Below, one piece after another: positions 1 through 13,600 of a stretch of 64,000 nt of DNA. The number at the start of each line of letters is the position of its first letter. The stretch's first letter is position 1. The notes beneath the pieces were generated by a model. The model made no database searches. It was not told where the DNA came from and saw nothing but the letters and a program-made list of their open reading frames with translations. Origin of the DNA: Macrostomum lignano (lineage: Eukaryota); the NCBI GenBank assembly GCA_002269645.1, contig NIVC01002132.1:62001-126000 (forward strand), written 5' to 3'. The position numbers and the translations under genes are program-made.

Positions 1-31
1 TAGGCGAACTCTTCTAGCCAGCTGCGCTCAC

Positions 32-3000
32 CTGGCCTCGGCCGTCCGCCGTGCCCGCTGCTCCTCGGCCAGACTGGCCAGGGAGGCCGCTAACTCGGCC
101 GCCTGCCGGCTGAAGGCTGCCCGCTCCGACTCCAGCTGGCTGGCCAGGGCCTTCCGAGCCGCGTCCGCCTCCTCCTTGGCAACGGTGGCCGAATCATCCT
201 CAGCCTCAGCCTCATGCTCCGCCTCCGTCTTCTCGTTGTCTTCTTCTTTAACAATCTCACCTGCGGAGGCCTCCGCTTCCATCTCTTCTTCCACGGCGGC
301 GAGCTCGGAGGCGGAGGCGCCGCGCACAGTCGCCAGTTCGGCTTCGATCTCGCGCAGCTCGGACTCGATCGACTGCTTCTCGAGCCGCAGCTGGTCGAAG
401 TCCGACAGCAGCTTCTGGAATTGAGTGGCGAGGGGGCGGGTAACCAGTCAGAGCTGCTGAGGTCTGACAGCTTCAAGACATTGCTTGTCAGCAGCCAGGC
501 TCACCGAGGCTTCTTCCTCTTTGTTTTGCCGTTTAATAGACTCGTTTTCGAACAGCTCTGCAACAAAGTAAGCTCGATAAATGGCATATTTATCAGGATT
601 ATTGAAACAGAATCACTGTAATCGTTAAGGAATTTGGAAAAACCAAAATGGAGCCACGCACTTTTGTACTTTTCCGACAAGCTTATCTTCTCCAAGCCCT
701 GCGACTCCAGGGTGGTGATCAGCTGCTCAGATATTTGAAAGTTGCACCGAGTTCTGGAAGCGTTCGAATCCAGTCATAAACTGAGATCCCATCTCCACAC
801 TGAGATCCCATCTCCACACTGAGATCCCCATCTCCACACTGAGATCCCCATCTCCACACTGAGGTCCCCATCTCCACACTGAGATCCCATCTCCACACTG
901 AGATCCCATCTCCACACTGAGATCCCTATCTCCACACTGAGATCCCATCTCCACACTGAGATCCTATCTCCACACTGAGATCCCTATCTCCACACTGAGA
1001 TCCCTATCTCCACACTGAGATCCCTATCTCCACACTGAGATCCCAATCTCCACACTGAGATCCCCATCTCCACACTCTGAGATCCCCATCTCCACACTGA
1101 GATCCCATCTCCACACTGAGATCCCATCTCCACACTGAGATCCTATCTCCACACTGAGATCCCTATCTCCACACTGAGATCCTATCTCCACACTGAGATC
1201 CCAATCTCCACACAGATCCCATCTCTACACTGAGATCCTATCTCCACACTGAGATCCCTATCTCCACACTGAGATCCTATCTCCACACTGAGATCCATAT
1301 CTCCACACTGAGATCCCTATCTCCACACTGAGATCCTATCTCCACACTGAGATCCCTATCTCCACACTGAGATCCTTATCTCCACACTGAGATCCTATCT
1401 CCACACTGAGATCCCTATCTCCACACTGAGATCTCTATCTCCACACTGAGATCCTATCTCCATACTGAGATCCCCAGCTACACACTGAGATCCCCATCTC
1501 TACACTGAGATCCCATCTCCACACTGAGATCTCTATCTCCACACTGAGATCCTATCTCCACACTGAGATCCCCAGCAACACACTGAGATCCCTATCTCCA
1601 AACTGAAGTCCCTATCTCCACACTGAGATCCCATCTCCACACTGAGATCCCATTTCCATACTGAGATCCCCATCTCCACACTATGATCCCTATCTCCACA
1701 CTGAGATCCCCATCCCCCCACTGAGATCCCCATCCTAACACTGAGATCCCTCATCCTCACACTGAGATCCCCATCTCCACACTATGATCCCTATCTCCAC
1801 ACTGAGATCCCCATCTCCACACTGAGATCCTATCTCCACACTGAGATCCCAATCTCCACACTGAGATCCCATCTCTACACTGAGATCCTATCTCCACACT
1901 GAGATCCCTATCTCCACACTGAGATCCCATCTCCACACTGAGATCCCCATCTCCACACTGAGATCCCATCTCCACACTATGATCCCTATCTCCACACTGA
2001 GATCCCATCCCCCCACTGAGATCCCCATCCTAACACTGAGATCCCTCATCCTCACACTGAGATCCCCATCTCCACACTATGATCCCTATCTCCACACTGA
2101 GATCCCCATCTCCACACTGAGATCCTATCTCCACACTGAGATCCCAATCTCCACACTGAGATCCCATCTCTACACTGAGATCCTATCTCCACACTGAGAT
2201 CCCTATCTCCACACTGAGATCCTATCTCCACACTGAGATCCCCATCTCCACACTGAGATCCCATCTCCACACTATGATCCCTATCTCCACACTGAGATCC
2301 CCATCCCCCCACTGAGATCCCCATCCTAACACTGAGATCCCTCATCCTCACACTGAGATCCCCATCTCCACACTATGATCCCTATCTCCACACTGAGATC
2401 CCCATCTCCACACTGAGATCCCCATCTCCACACTGAGATCTCCATCCCCACATTGAGATCCCCATCTCCACACTGAGATCCCCATCTCCACACTGAGATC
2501 CTTATTTCCACACTGAGATCCCATCTCCACACTGAGATCCCCATCTCCACACTGAGATCCCTATCTCCACACTGAAATCCCATCTCCACACTGAGATCCC
2601 CATCCTCACACTGAGATCCCATTTCCACTCTGAGATCCCCATCTCCACACTGAGATCCCATTTCCACTTTGAGATCCCTATCCTCACACTGAGATCTCCA
2701 TCCCCACATTGAGATCCCCATCCTCACACTGAGATCCCCCATTCCCACACTGAGATCCCCCATTTCTACACTGAGATCCCATTTCTACACTGAGATCCCC
2801 ATCCCCACACTGAGATCCCATTTCCACTTTGAGATCCCCATCCCCACACTGAGATCCCATTTCCACTTTGAGATCCCCATCCCCACACCCAGATCCTATT
2901 TTCACTTTGAGGTCCTATCCCCACACTGAGATCCCATTTCCAATTTGAGATTCCCATCCCCACACTGAGATCCCATTTCCACTTTGAGATCCCCATCCCC

Positions 3001-6000
3001 ACACTGAGATCCCACTTCCACTTTGAGATCCCCATCCCGAAACTGAGATCCCATTTCCGCTTTGAGATCCCCATCCCGACACTCAGATCCCATTTCCACT
3101 TTGAGATCCCCATCCCCACACTGAGATCCCATTTCCACTTTGAGATCCCCATCCAGCTTCAAGGCAATGCGGAATCTCACAGCCTAGCCGCATCAGAGAA
3201 GACTCGAATCCAACTGAGCTGCTGGCTTCGCGAATCGCAGGAAATGATCAGCCTCATCTGAAAATTGGACAACAAGCGGCATTGCTGAAATTCACCGAAA
3301 CTTCAATTTTGATTGTTTCAGCAGAGCAATAACAATGGGTTTAGGAAGAGAAACTTTCCTGACTGCTGTAGGCTGTGATCTCGATGCCGTGGGATGTAGT
3401 CTGGTCGCTGTAGGGGCTGACCAGACAGTCTCCCAGAGGAATTACTCCCTGGGGAAGATAGCGAGCGGTTTGCAGCCAAGATTTTTGCACTTTTATAACA
3501 GCAGAAGGCTGAATTCTCTCTTGTGAACTCACCAGAGATTTGATATTAAAGTAGGAAGACTTCTTAATCCGAGCGGCTTCATCATCCTTAAAGATAAGCA
3601 AGAAGCTGTCCTTCACTATGCAGAATCTGAGGGCACGTTGCAGCTCAGCATTCTGTTTGAGCTTCTTTACCGAGTATTAAGAGTCTATCGATTTGGGAGC
3701 GAGGGATGGGGTAGCAGCCGTCTGAATGAACTGGGGGATGGGGTAGCAGCCGTCTGAATGCACTGGGGGGATGGGGTAGCAGCCGTCTGAATGAACTGGG
3801 GGATGGGGTAGCAGCCGTCTGAATGCACTGGGGGGATGGGGTAGCAGCCGTCTGAATGCACTGGGGGGATGGGGTAGCAGCCGTCTGAATGAACTGGGGG
3901 ATGGGGTAGCAGCCGTCTGAATGCACTGGGGGGATGGGGTAGCAGCCGTCTGAATGCACTGGGGGATGGGGTAGCAGCCGTCTGAATGCACTGGGGGGAT
4001 GGGGTAGCAGCCGTCTGAATGATATGGGGGGATGGGGTAGCAGCCATCTGAATGATATGGGGGGATGGGGTAGCAGCCATCTGAATGATATGGGGGGATG
4101 GGGTAGCAGCCGTCTGAATGATATGGGGGGATGGGGTAGCAGCCATCTGAATGATATGGGGGGATTGGGTAGCAGCCATCTGAATGATATGGGGGGATGG
4201 GGTAGCAGCCGTCTGAATGATATGGGGGGATGGGGTAGCAGCCGTCTGAATGCACTGGGGGATGGGGTAGCAGCCGTCTGAATGAACTGGGGGATGGGGT
4301 AGCAGCCGTCTGAATGATATGGGGGGGATGGGGTAGCAGCCGTCTGAATGAACTGGGGGATGGGGTAGCAGCCATCTGAATGATATGGGGGGATGGGGTA
4401 GCAGCCATCTGAATGCACTGGGGGGATGGGGTAGCAGCCATCTGAATGCACTGGGGGGATGGGGTAGCAGCCGTCTGAATGAACTGGGGGATGGGGTAGC
4501 AGCCATCTGAATGCACTGGGGGGATGGGGTAGCAGCCACCTGAATGATATGGGGGGATGGGGTAGCAGCTATCTGAATGCACTGGGGGGATGGGGTAGCA
4601 GCCGTCTGAATGAACTGGGGGATGGGGTAGCAGCCATCTGAATGCACTGGGGGGATGGGGTAGCAGCCATCTGAATGCACTGGGGGGATGGGGTAGCAGC
4701 CGTCTGAATGAACTGGGGGATGGGGTAGCAGCCATCTGAATGCACTGGGGGGATGGGGTAGCAGCCACCTGAATGATATGGGGGGATGGGGTAGCAGCCA
4801 TCTGAATGCACTGGGGGGATGGGGTAGCAGCCATCTGAATGAAATGGGGGGATGGGGTAGCAGCCGTCTGAATAAAATTGGGGGATGGGGTAGCAGCCGT
4901 CTGAATGATATGGGGGGATGGGGTAGCAGCCGTCTGAATAAAATGGTGGGATGGGGTAGCAGCCATCTGAATGATATGGGGGTATGGGGTAGCAGCCATC
5001 TGAATGAAATGGGGGTATGGGGTAGCAGCCATCTGAATGAAATGGGGGTATGGGGTAGCAGCCATCTAAATGAAATGGGGGTATGGGGTAGCAGCCATCT
5101 GAATGAAATGGGGGTATGGGGTAGCAGCCATCTGAATGAACTGAGGGGATGGGGTAGCAGCCATCTGAATGAACTGGGGGATGGGGTAGCAGCCATCTGA
5201 ATGATATGGGGGATGGGGTAGCAGCCATCTGAATGAAATGGGGGGATGGGGTAGCAGCCATCTGAATGAACTGAGGGGATGGGGTAGCAGCCATCTGAAT
5301 GCACTGAGGGGATGGGGTAGCAGCCATCTGAATGAACTGGCGGGATGGGGTAGCAGCCATCTGAATGAACTGGGGGATGGGGTAGCAGCCATCTGAATGA
5401 TATGGGGGGATGGGGTAGCAGCCATCTGAATGATATGGGGTGATGGGGAAGCAGCCATCTGAATGATATGGGGGGATGGGGTAGCATCCATCTGAATGAA
5501 CTGAGGGGATGGGGTAGCAGCCATCTGAATGAACTGAGGGGATGGGGTAGCAGCCATCTGAATGATATGGGGGGATGGGGTAGCAGCCATCTGAATGAAC
5601 TGAGGGGATGGGGTAGCAGCCATCTGAATGATATGGGGGGATGGGGTAGCAGCCATCTGAATGAACTGGCGGGATGGGGTAGCAGCCATCTGAATGAACT
5701 GGGGGATGGGGTAGCAGCCATCTGAATGATATGGGGGGTTGGGGAAGCAGCCATCTGAATGATATGGGGGGATGGGGTAGCAGCCATCTGAATGAACTGA
5801 GGGGATGGGGTAGCAGCCATCTGAATGATATGGGGGGATGGGGTAGCAGCCATCTGAATGAACTGGGGGGATGGGGTAGCAGCCATCTGAATGAACTGGG
5901 GGATGGGGTAGCAGCCATCTGAATGATATGGGGGGATGGGGTAGCAGCCATCTGAATGAACTGGGGGGATGGGGTAGCAGCCATCTGAATGAACTGAGGG

Positions 6001-9000
6001 GATGGGGTAGCAGCCATCTGAATGATATGGGGGATGGGGTAGCAGCCATCTGAATGAACTGGGGGGATGGGGTAGCAGCCATCTGAATGAACTGAGGGGA
6101 TGGGGTAGCAGCCATCTGAATGATATGGGGGGATGGGGTAGCAGCCACCTGAATGATATGGGGGATGGGGTAGCAGCCATCTGAATGAACTGGGGGGATG
6201 GGGTAGCAGCCATCTGAATGAACTGAGGGGATGGGGTAGCAGCCATCTGAATGATATGGGGGGATGGGGTAGCAGCCATCTGAATGAACTGGGGGGATGG
6301 GGTAGCAGCCATCTGAATGATATGGGGTGATGGGGTAGCAGCCATCTGAATGATATGGGGGGATGGTAGCAGCCATCTGAATGAAATGGGGGGATGGGAT
6401 AGCAGCCATCTGAATGAACTGGGGGGATGGGGTAGCAGCCATCTGAATGAACTGGGGGATGGGTAGCAGCCGTCTGAATAAAATGGGGGGATGGGGTAGC
6501 AGCCATCTGAATGAAATGGGGGGATGGGGTAGCAGCCATCTGAATGATATGGGGGGATGGGGTAGCAGCCATCTGAATGAACTGGGGGGATGGGGTAGCA
6601 GCCATCTGAATGAACTGGGGGATGGGGTAGCAGCCATCTGAATGATATGGGGGGATGGGGTAGCAGCCATCTGAATGAACTGGGGGGATGGGGTAGCAGC
6701 CGTCTGAATAAAATGGGGGATGGGGTAGCAGCCATCTGAATGATATGGGGGATGGGGTAGCAGCCATCTGAATGATATGGGCTGATGGGGTAGCAGCCAC
6801 CTGAATGATATGGGGGATGGGGTAGCAGCCATCTGAATGATATGGGGTGATGGGGTAGCAGCCATCTGAATGATATGGAGGGATGGGGTAGCAGCCATCT
6901 GAGTGATATGGGGTGATGGGGTAGCAGCCATCTGAATGATATGGGGGATGGGGTAGCAGCCATCTGAATGAACTGGGGGATGGGGTAGCAGCCATCTGAA
7001 TGAACTGAGGGGATGGGGTAGCAGCCATCTGAATGGTATGGGGGGATGGGGTAGCAGCCATCTGAATGATATGGGGGGATGGGGTAGCAGCCACCTGAAT
7101 GATATGGGGGGATGGGGTAGCAGCCATCTGAATGATATGGGGTGATGGGGTAGCAGCCATCTGAATGATATGGGGGGATGGGGTAGCAGCCATCTGAATG
7201 ATATGGGGGGATGGGGTAGCAGCCATCTGAATGAACTGGGGGATGGGGTAGCAGCCATCTGAATGATATGGGGGATGGGGTAGCAGCCACCTGAATGAAC
7301 TGGGGGATGGGGTAGCAGCCATCTGAATGAACTGGGGGATGGGGTAGCAGCCATCTGAATGATATGGGGGGATGGGGTAGCAGCCATCTGAATGAACTGG
7401 CGGGATGGGGTAGCAGCCATCTGAATGAACTGGGGGATGGGGTAGCAGCCATCTGAATGATATGGGGGGATGGGGAAGCAGCCATCTGAATGATATGGGG
7501 GGATGGGGTAGCAGCCATCTGAATGAACTGAGGGGATGGGGTAGCAGCCATCTGAATGATATGGGGGGATGGGGTAGCAGCCATCTGAATGAACTGGGGG
7601 GATGGGGTAGCAGCCATCTGAATGAACTGGGGGATGGGGTAGCAGCCATCTGAATGATATGGGGGGATGGGGTAGCAGCCATCTGAATGATATGGGGGGA
7701 TGGGGTAGCAGCCATCTGAATGAACTGGGGGATGGGGTAGCAGCCATCTGAATGATATGGGGGGATGGGGTAGCAGCCATCTGAATGAACTGGGGGGATG
7801 GGGTAGCAGCCATCTGAATGAACTAAGGGGATGGGGTAGCAGCCATCTGAATGATATGGGGGGATGGGGTAGCAGCCACCTGAATGATATGGGGGATGGG
7901 GTAGCAGCCATCTGAATGAACTGGGGGGATGGGGTAGCAGCCATCTGAATGAACTGAGGGGATGGGGTAGCAGCCATCTGAATGATATGGGGGATGGGGT
8001 AGCAGCCATCTGAATGAACTGGGGGATGGGGTAGCAGCCATCTGAATGATATGGGGTGATGGGGTAGCAGCCATCTGAATGATATGGGGGGATGGTAGCA
8101 GCCATCTGAATGAAATGGGGGATGGGATAGCAGCCATCTGAATGAACTGGGGGATGGGGTAGCAGCCATCTGAATGAACTGGGGGGATGGGGTAGCAGCC
8201 GTCTGAATAAAATGGGGGGATGGGGTAGCAGCCATCTGAATGATATGGGGGGATGGGGTAGCAGCCATCTGAATGATATGGGCTGATGGGGTAGCAGCCA
8301 CCTGAATGATATGGGGGATGGGGTAGCAGCCATCTGAATGATATGGGGTGATGGGGTAGCAGCCATCTGAATGATATGGGGGGATGGGGTAGCAGCCATC
8401 TGAATGAACTGGGGGGATGGGGTAGCAGCCATCTGAATGAACTGGGGATGGGGTAGCAGCCATCTGAATGATATGGGGGGATGGGGTAGCAGCCATCTGA
8501 ATGAACTGGGGGATGGGGTAGCAGCCATCTGAATGAACTGGGGGATGGGGTAGCAGCCATCTGAATGATATGGGGGGATGGGGTAGCAGCCATCTGAATG
8601 AACTGGGGGATGGGGTAGCAGCCATCTGAATGAACTGAGGGGATGGGGTAGCAGCCATCTGAATGATATGGGGGGATGGGGTAGCAGCCACCTGAATGAT
8701 ATGGGGGATGGGGTAGCAGCCATCTGAATGAACTGGGGGGATGGGGTAGCAGCCATCTGAATGAACTGAGGGGATGGGGTAGCAGCCATCTGAATGATAT
8801 GGGGGGATGGGGTAGCAGCCATCTGAATGAACTGGGGGGATGGGGTAGCAGCCATCTGAATGATATGGGGTGATGGGGTAGCAGCCATCTGAATGATATG
8901 GGGGGATGGTAGCAGCCATCTGAATGAAATGGGGGATGGGATAGCAGCCATCTGAATGAACTGGGGGGATGGGGTAGCAGCCGTCTGAATGAACTGGGGG

Positions 9001-12000
9001 GATGGGGTAGCAGCCGTCTGAATAAAATGGGGGGATGGGGTAGCAGCCATCTGAATGATATGGGGGGATGGGGTAGCAGCCATCTGAATGATATGGGCTG
9101 ATGGGGTAGCAGCCACCTGAATGATATGGGGGATGGGGTAGCAGCCATCTGAATGATATGGGGTGATGGGGTAGCAGCCATCTGAATGATATGGAGGGAT
9201 GGGGTAGCAGCCATCTGAGTGATATGGGGTGATGGGGTAGCAGCCATCTGAATGATATGGGGGGATGGGGTAGCAGCCATCTGAATGAACTGGGGGGATG
9301 GGGTAGCAGCCATCTGAATGAACTGAGGGGATGGGGTAGCAGCCATCTGAATGGTATGGGGGGATGGGGTAGCAGCCATCTGAATGATATGGGCTGATGG
9401 GGTAGCAGCCACCTGAATGATATGGGGGGATGGGGTAGCAGCCATCTGAATGATATGGGGTGATGGGGTAGCAGCCATCTGAATGATATGGTGGGATGGG
9501 GTAGCAGCCATCTGAATGATATGGGGGGATGGGGTAGCAGCCATCTGAATGAACTGGGGGGATGGGGTAGCAGCCATCTGAATGAACTGAGGGGATGGGG
9601 TAGCAGCCATCTGAATGATATGGGGGGATGGGGTAGCAGCCACCTGAATGAACTGGGGGGATGGGGTAGCAGCCGTCTGAATGAACTGGGGGATGGGGTA
9701 GCAGCCATCTGAATGATATGGGGGGATGGGGTAGCAGCCATCTGAATGATATGGGGGATGGGGTAGCATCCATCTGAATGATATGCGGGGATGGGGTAGC
9801 AGCCATCTGAATGATATGGGGGGATGGGGTAGCAGCCATCTGAATGATATGGGCTGATGGGGTAGCAGCCATCTGAATGATATGGGGTGATGGGGTAGCA
9901 GCCATCTGAATGATATGGGGTGATGGGGTAGCAGCCATCTGAATTAACTGGGGGATGGGGTAGCAGCCATCTGAATGAACTGAGGGGATGGGGTAGCAGC
10001 CGTCTGAATAAAATGGGGGGATGGGGTAGCAGCCATCTGAATGATATGGGGGGATGGGGTAGCAGCCATCTGAATGATATGGGCTGATGGGGTAGCAGCC
10101 ACCTGAATGATATGGGGGATGGGGTAGCAGCCATCTGAATGATATGGGGTGATGGGGTAGCAGCCATCTGAATGATATGGAGGGATGGGGTAGCAGCCAT
10201 CTGAGTGATATGGGGTGATGGGGTAGCAGCCATCTGAATGATATGGGGGGATGGGGTAGCAGCCATCTGAATGAACTGGGGGATGGGGTAGCAGCCATCT
10301 GAATGAACTGAGGGGATGGGGTAGCAGCCATCTGAATGGTATGGGGGGATGGGGTAGCAGCCATCTGAATGATATGGGGGGATGGGGTAGCAGCCACCTG
10401 AATGATATGGGGGGATGGGGTAGCAGCCATCTGAATGATATGGGGTGATGGGGTAGCAGCCATCTGAATGATATGGTGGGATGGGGTAGCAGCCATCTGA
10501 ATGATATGGGGGGATGGGGTAGCAGCCATCTGAATGAACTGGGGGGATGGGGTAGCAGCCATCTGAATGAACTGAGGGGATGGGGTAGCAGCCATCTGAA
10601 TGATATGGGGGGATGGGTAGCAGCCACCTGAATGAACTGGGGGATGGGGTAGCAGCCGTCTGAATGAACTGGGGGATGGGGTAGCAGCCATCTGAATGAT
10701 ATGGGGGGATGGGGTAGCAGCCATCTGAATGATATGGGGGGATGGGGTAGCATCCATCTGAATGATATGCGGGGATGGGGTAGCAGCCATCTGAATGATA
10801 TGGGGGGATGGGGTAGCAGCCATCTGAATGATATGGGCTGATGGGGTAGCAGCCATCTGAATGATATGGGGTGATGGGGTAGCAGCCATCTGAATGATAT
10901 GGGGTGATGGGGTAGCAGCCATCTGAATTAACTGGGGGATGGGGTAGCAGCCATCTGAATGAACTGAGGGGATGGGGTAGCAGCCATCTGAATGAACTGG
11001 GGGATGGGGTAGCAGTCATCTGAATGAACCGGGGGGATGGGGTAAGCAGCCATCTGAATGAACTGGGGGGATGGGGTAGCAGCCATCTGAATGAACTGGG
11101 GGGATGGGGTAGCAGACATCTGAATGAACTGGGCAAGATGTAGCAGCTTGCTTTTGAAATTTCCTAGGTAAAAGAAAGTAGTTAGCCCAATTATTAGGCG
11201 ACATCAATAGAACAAGAGTAGGCTGCTGTAGCAGTAGTTAACTGCCTTGGCTATGCCGGCAGTTTAATAAATGATGAATTGAACATGCAGAAAAGATAAA
11301 GAAGGGGTAGGCGAGGCCTTCATTCGACCACCGGAAATACCCGCCGAGTGCAGTGTGCTGCTAGCCAAATTCAAGCGCAAACTGCTTCAAGCGTAGATGC
11401 ATCTGACAGGGCCCAGATTAATAGAGGGATTGTTTACATACCTATGCACCAGCTATGTCTGAATTTTGCAGTTGCAAGTTATGCACAGGTCAACAACCAT
11501 TTTCTTGTAAATTCGGTTTAAATGAGCAAAAATTTCATTGGAGCAGCTGTGCATGTACACACGGCTTCATATAATATAAAAATGGAAAAGTTTTGTAGAC
11601 ATATATGGAACTTCTGAATGCATGTCATAGTGGTAAAAATGTTCGCGATGAGTTCTTGAGCTTAATATTTGCTACTATGAAGACTAAAAACACGATTTTC
11701 TGAAGTGCATAAAAAGAACTCAATGTCGTAATGTCATGCATTTTCGCCTTGTAATTGTTAAGGATCGAGGTTTTTGTGCGGAAACTATTTAAATGGCCAA
11801 AACTACGAGTACAGTGCAGCTAAATCAGAATAAAAAGTCAAGCAAAGTTTACCATTAGTCATTAAGAAAGCAAGATCGGCAGATACGTGCAACAACTAAT
11901 GAGTTTACCTTTTCTGCCACTTTGTTGGAATGTCTCCTCGAATATTCAGGATTCCGTGTTGCTGAACTTCTTGGTCTAAGTCAAAGTTGCAATCCAGGTT

Positions 12001-12015
12001 TCTACTCAGACTCAT
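32..12015 (-). CDS. PLEKHD1: PH domain + coiled-coil protein, PLEKHD1-like (7 exons in window; continues below position 1)
   Basis: Hand-spliced exons (minus strand): 12015-11909, 3626-3533, 3448-3359, 3257-3181, 753-662, 557-505, 414-32. All phases are compatible and give MSLSRNLDCNFDLDQEVQQHGILNIRGDIPTKWQKR-FCIVKDSFLLIFKDDEAARIKKSSYFNIKSL-GVIPLGDCLVSPYSDQTTSHGIEITAYSSQ-MRLIISCDSRSQQLSWIRVFSDAARL-TRCNFQISEQLITTLESQGLEKISLSEKYKK-LFENESIKRQNKEEEAS-KLLSDFDQLRLEK... This parallels human PLEKHD1 as recalled (VQLYGVLWKR..KWSRRFFIIKESFLLYY..YFNIHPKGVIPLGGCLV..EAMIKSLEAQGL). All introns are GT-AG except one GA-AG (3358). Confidence 0.85.
781..3152. repeat. Minisatellite, 19-21 bp unit CTGAGATCCC(C)ATCTCCACA, in PLEKHD1-like intron 4
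   Basis: More than 100 tandem units are directly visible. Units drift to TTTGAGATCCCCATCCCCACA/CTGAGATCCCATTTCCACT dimers at the right end. Confidence 0.98.
3700..11135. repeat. 7.4-kb minisatellite, 32-33 bp unit GGGGG(G)ATGGGGTAGCAGCCATCTGAATGA(TAT/ACT), in PLEKHD1-like intron 1
   Basis: About 225-230 tandem units are directly visible. It accounts for all the long minus-strand ORFs (2483, 2117, 915, 648, 462 aa). Confidence 0.99.
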
Positions 12016-13519
12016 GATGAAAAATAGCTGTGTGGAAATTTTGGGTTAAAGAACTGAGAACTACGAGTACATGTAAATTGTGCGTTTAGACAGTGAATCG
12101 TGGAAAAATAAGTTACAGCTGAGATACCGGTACTCCTACGCTGGTTTTATTAAGAGTAAAGGTCACCATGAAGTCGTCAAGTGAAAACGCAAAGCTCACT
12201 CAAATTTATAAAGTAACAGAGGGCAATGTCCATACATGTAAAATTCTAGCTATACCAAAAGATACAAATAAAACCGTATTTCAATCGCTTTTTAATTGAG
12301 AATGAGCTTACTTCTCTAATATTTTTAAGATTACTAGCTTCCAGACTAGATGGCATTTACCAACAATAAATGGCTAGGAATAATTATGTTTATAAAACGT
12401 ACTATTGTATTCAAAAATAAAATCTACCGACTATGTTTATTGCATATACTAAACGAAGCAAGTCAAGTATATACCGATATATGGAGCAAAAATGCTTTTA
12501 GACAATAACACAAATCTACTTACCTGCTAAACAAGCTTAGATGATCGTCGAAAAACGTTTAGCATTTTCCTGCTGATTCATTGGACGAACTAAATCCGAA
12601 CACCAAAATTAAAAAATATCACATTTTGTTACCAAAAATGTTTTCTACCAAATAAAAGGATAACACATATAAAAAACGGCCCTAAAATCACCAATTTAAT
12701 TCAAAAACATTTGAAGAGAGCACACTTTAACTTTATTTGTTTTACCGTCCTCGTCTTTTGTTTTCGAGCCCGGAAGGTGAATCAAATTCCAGGAATTTCA
12801 AAAGTGGTTTACATGTTGTCTTTTGTTCACTAAACTTCGAATTAACAGCCTTTGAAATCACTTTGCTGTATTTTTTATACATGCTATTGCGCATAAAATT
12901 TTGATTTTACACACAGGTTTTCGTGCCAATGGAATTCTGTTATTTCTGTAAATACCAACACCATAATTTCTAATTCTAATGAAAATTGTATTGGGCCTAA
13001 TCAAGGATCTAGGTGTCATTCTACACTATGACTAAAAAGCTAAAAACAGTTGATGAGTCTTTGTTTTCTATAACATTATAACACAAGATTTAGGCCTGCA
13101 CTATATAAAAGGCCTAGGGCCGCCCGCCTAGCCCTATTATTATTTATTAATATAGGCAGGCCTAGTAATAATATTTAAACTATAGGCAATCATCAGGGTC
13201 CATTTGTTAAATTATTTTACTACAGTACAGGAAATTATTCTTAAAAACTGTTTTGGCATATTTTTGTATGCACTAAAAGTCCATTGGCATACATTGGCAT
13301 ATATAAGCTAGGGAATCAATTTTTGTTCCAGCATATATTAGTACACAATCCTGACCCTGGGCGATCGATTAGAGAAAAAACAACTTAACCAATTGTCATG
13401 AAACTTGCACCATTTGATTAGAAATTTTTATGTGATGGTATACAGTATATGTCTTGGCTCAAAAATTGCTCAACGTTAAAAGGATTAAATGTTAAAAAAC
13501 ATGCTTTTTTGTAGGCTAC

Positions 13520-13600
13520 AGGTCAAAAGGGCGACAGATCAAAAGGGCGACAGTTAAAAGGGCAACAGTCAAAAGGGCGACAGTCAAAAGGGCGACAGTT
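13520..13600 (+). repeat. Short tandem array, 5 x (T)CAAAAGGGCGACAG(T), possibly a transposon subterminal relic
   Basis: Five 15-16 bp copies are visible. No partner inverted end was found in the window. Confidence 0.8.

Noticed and set aside
3645-11136. Giant minus-strand ORFs (2483, 2117, 915, 648, 462 aa) as protein-coding genes
   Set aside because: They are translations of a 32-33 bp minisatellite that lacks stops in all frames. The frames rotate with unit length, and the array lies inside PLEKHD1-like intron 1.
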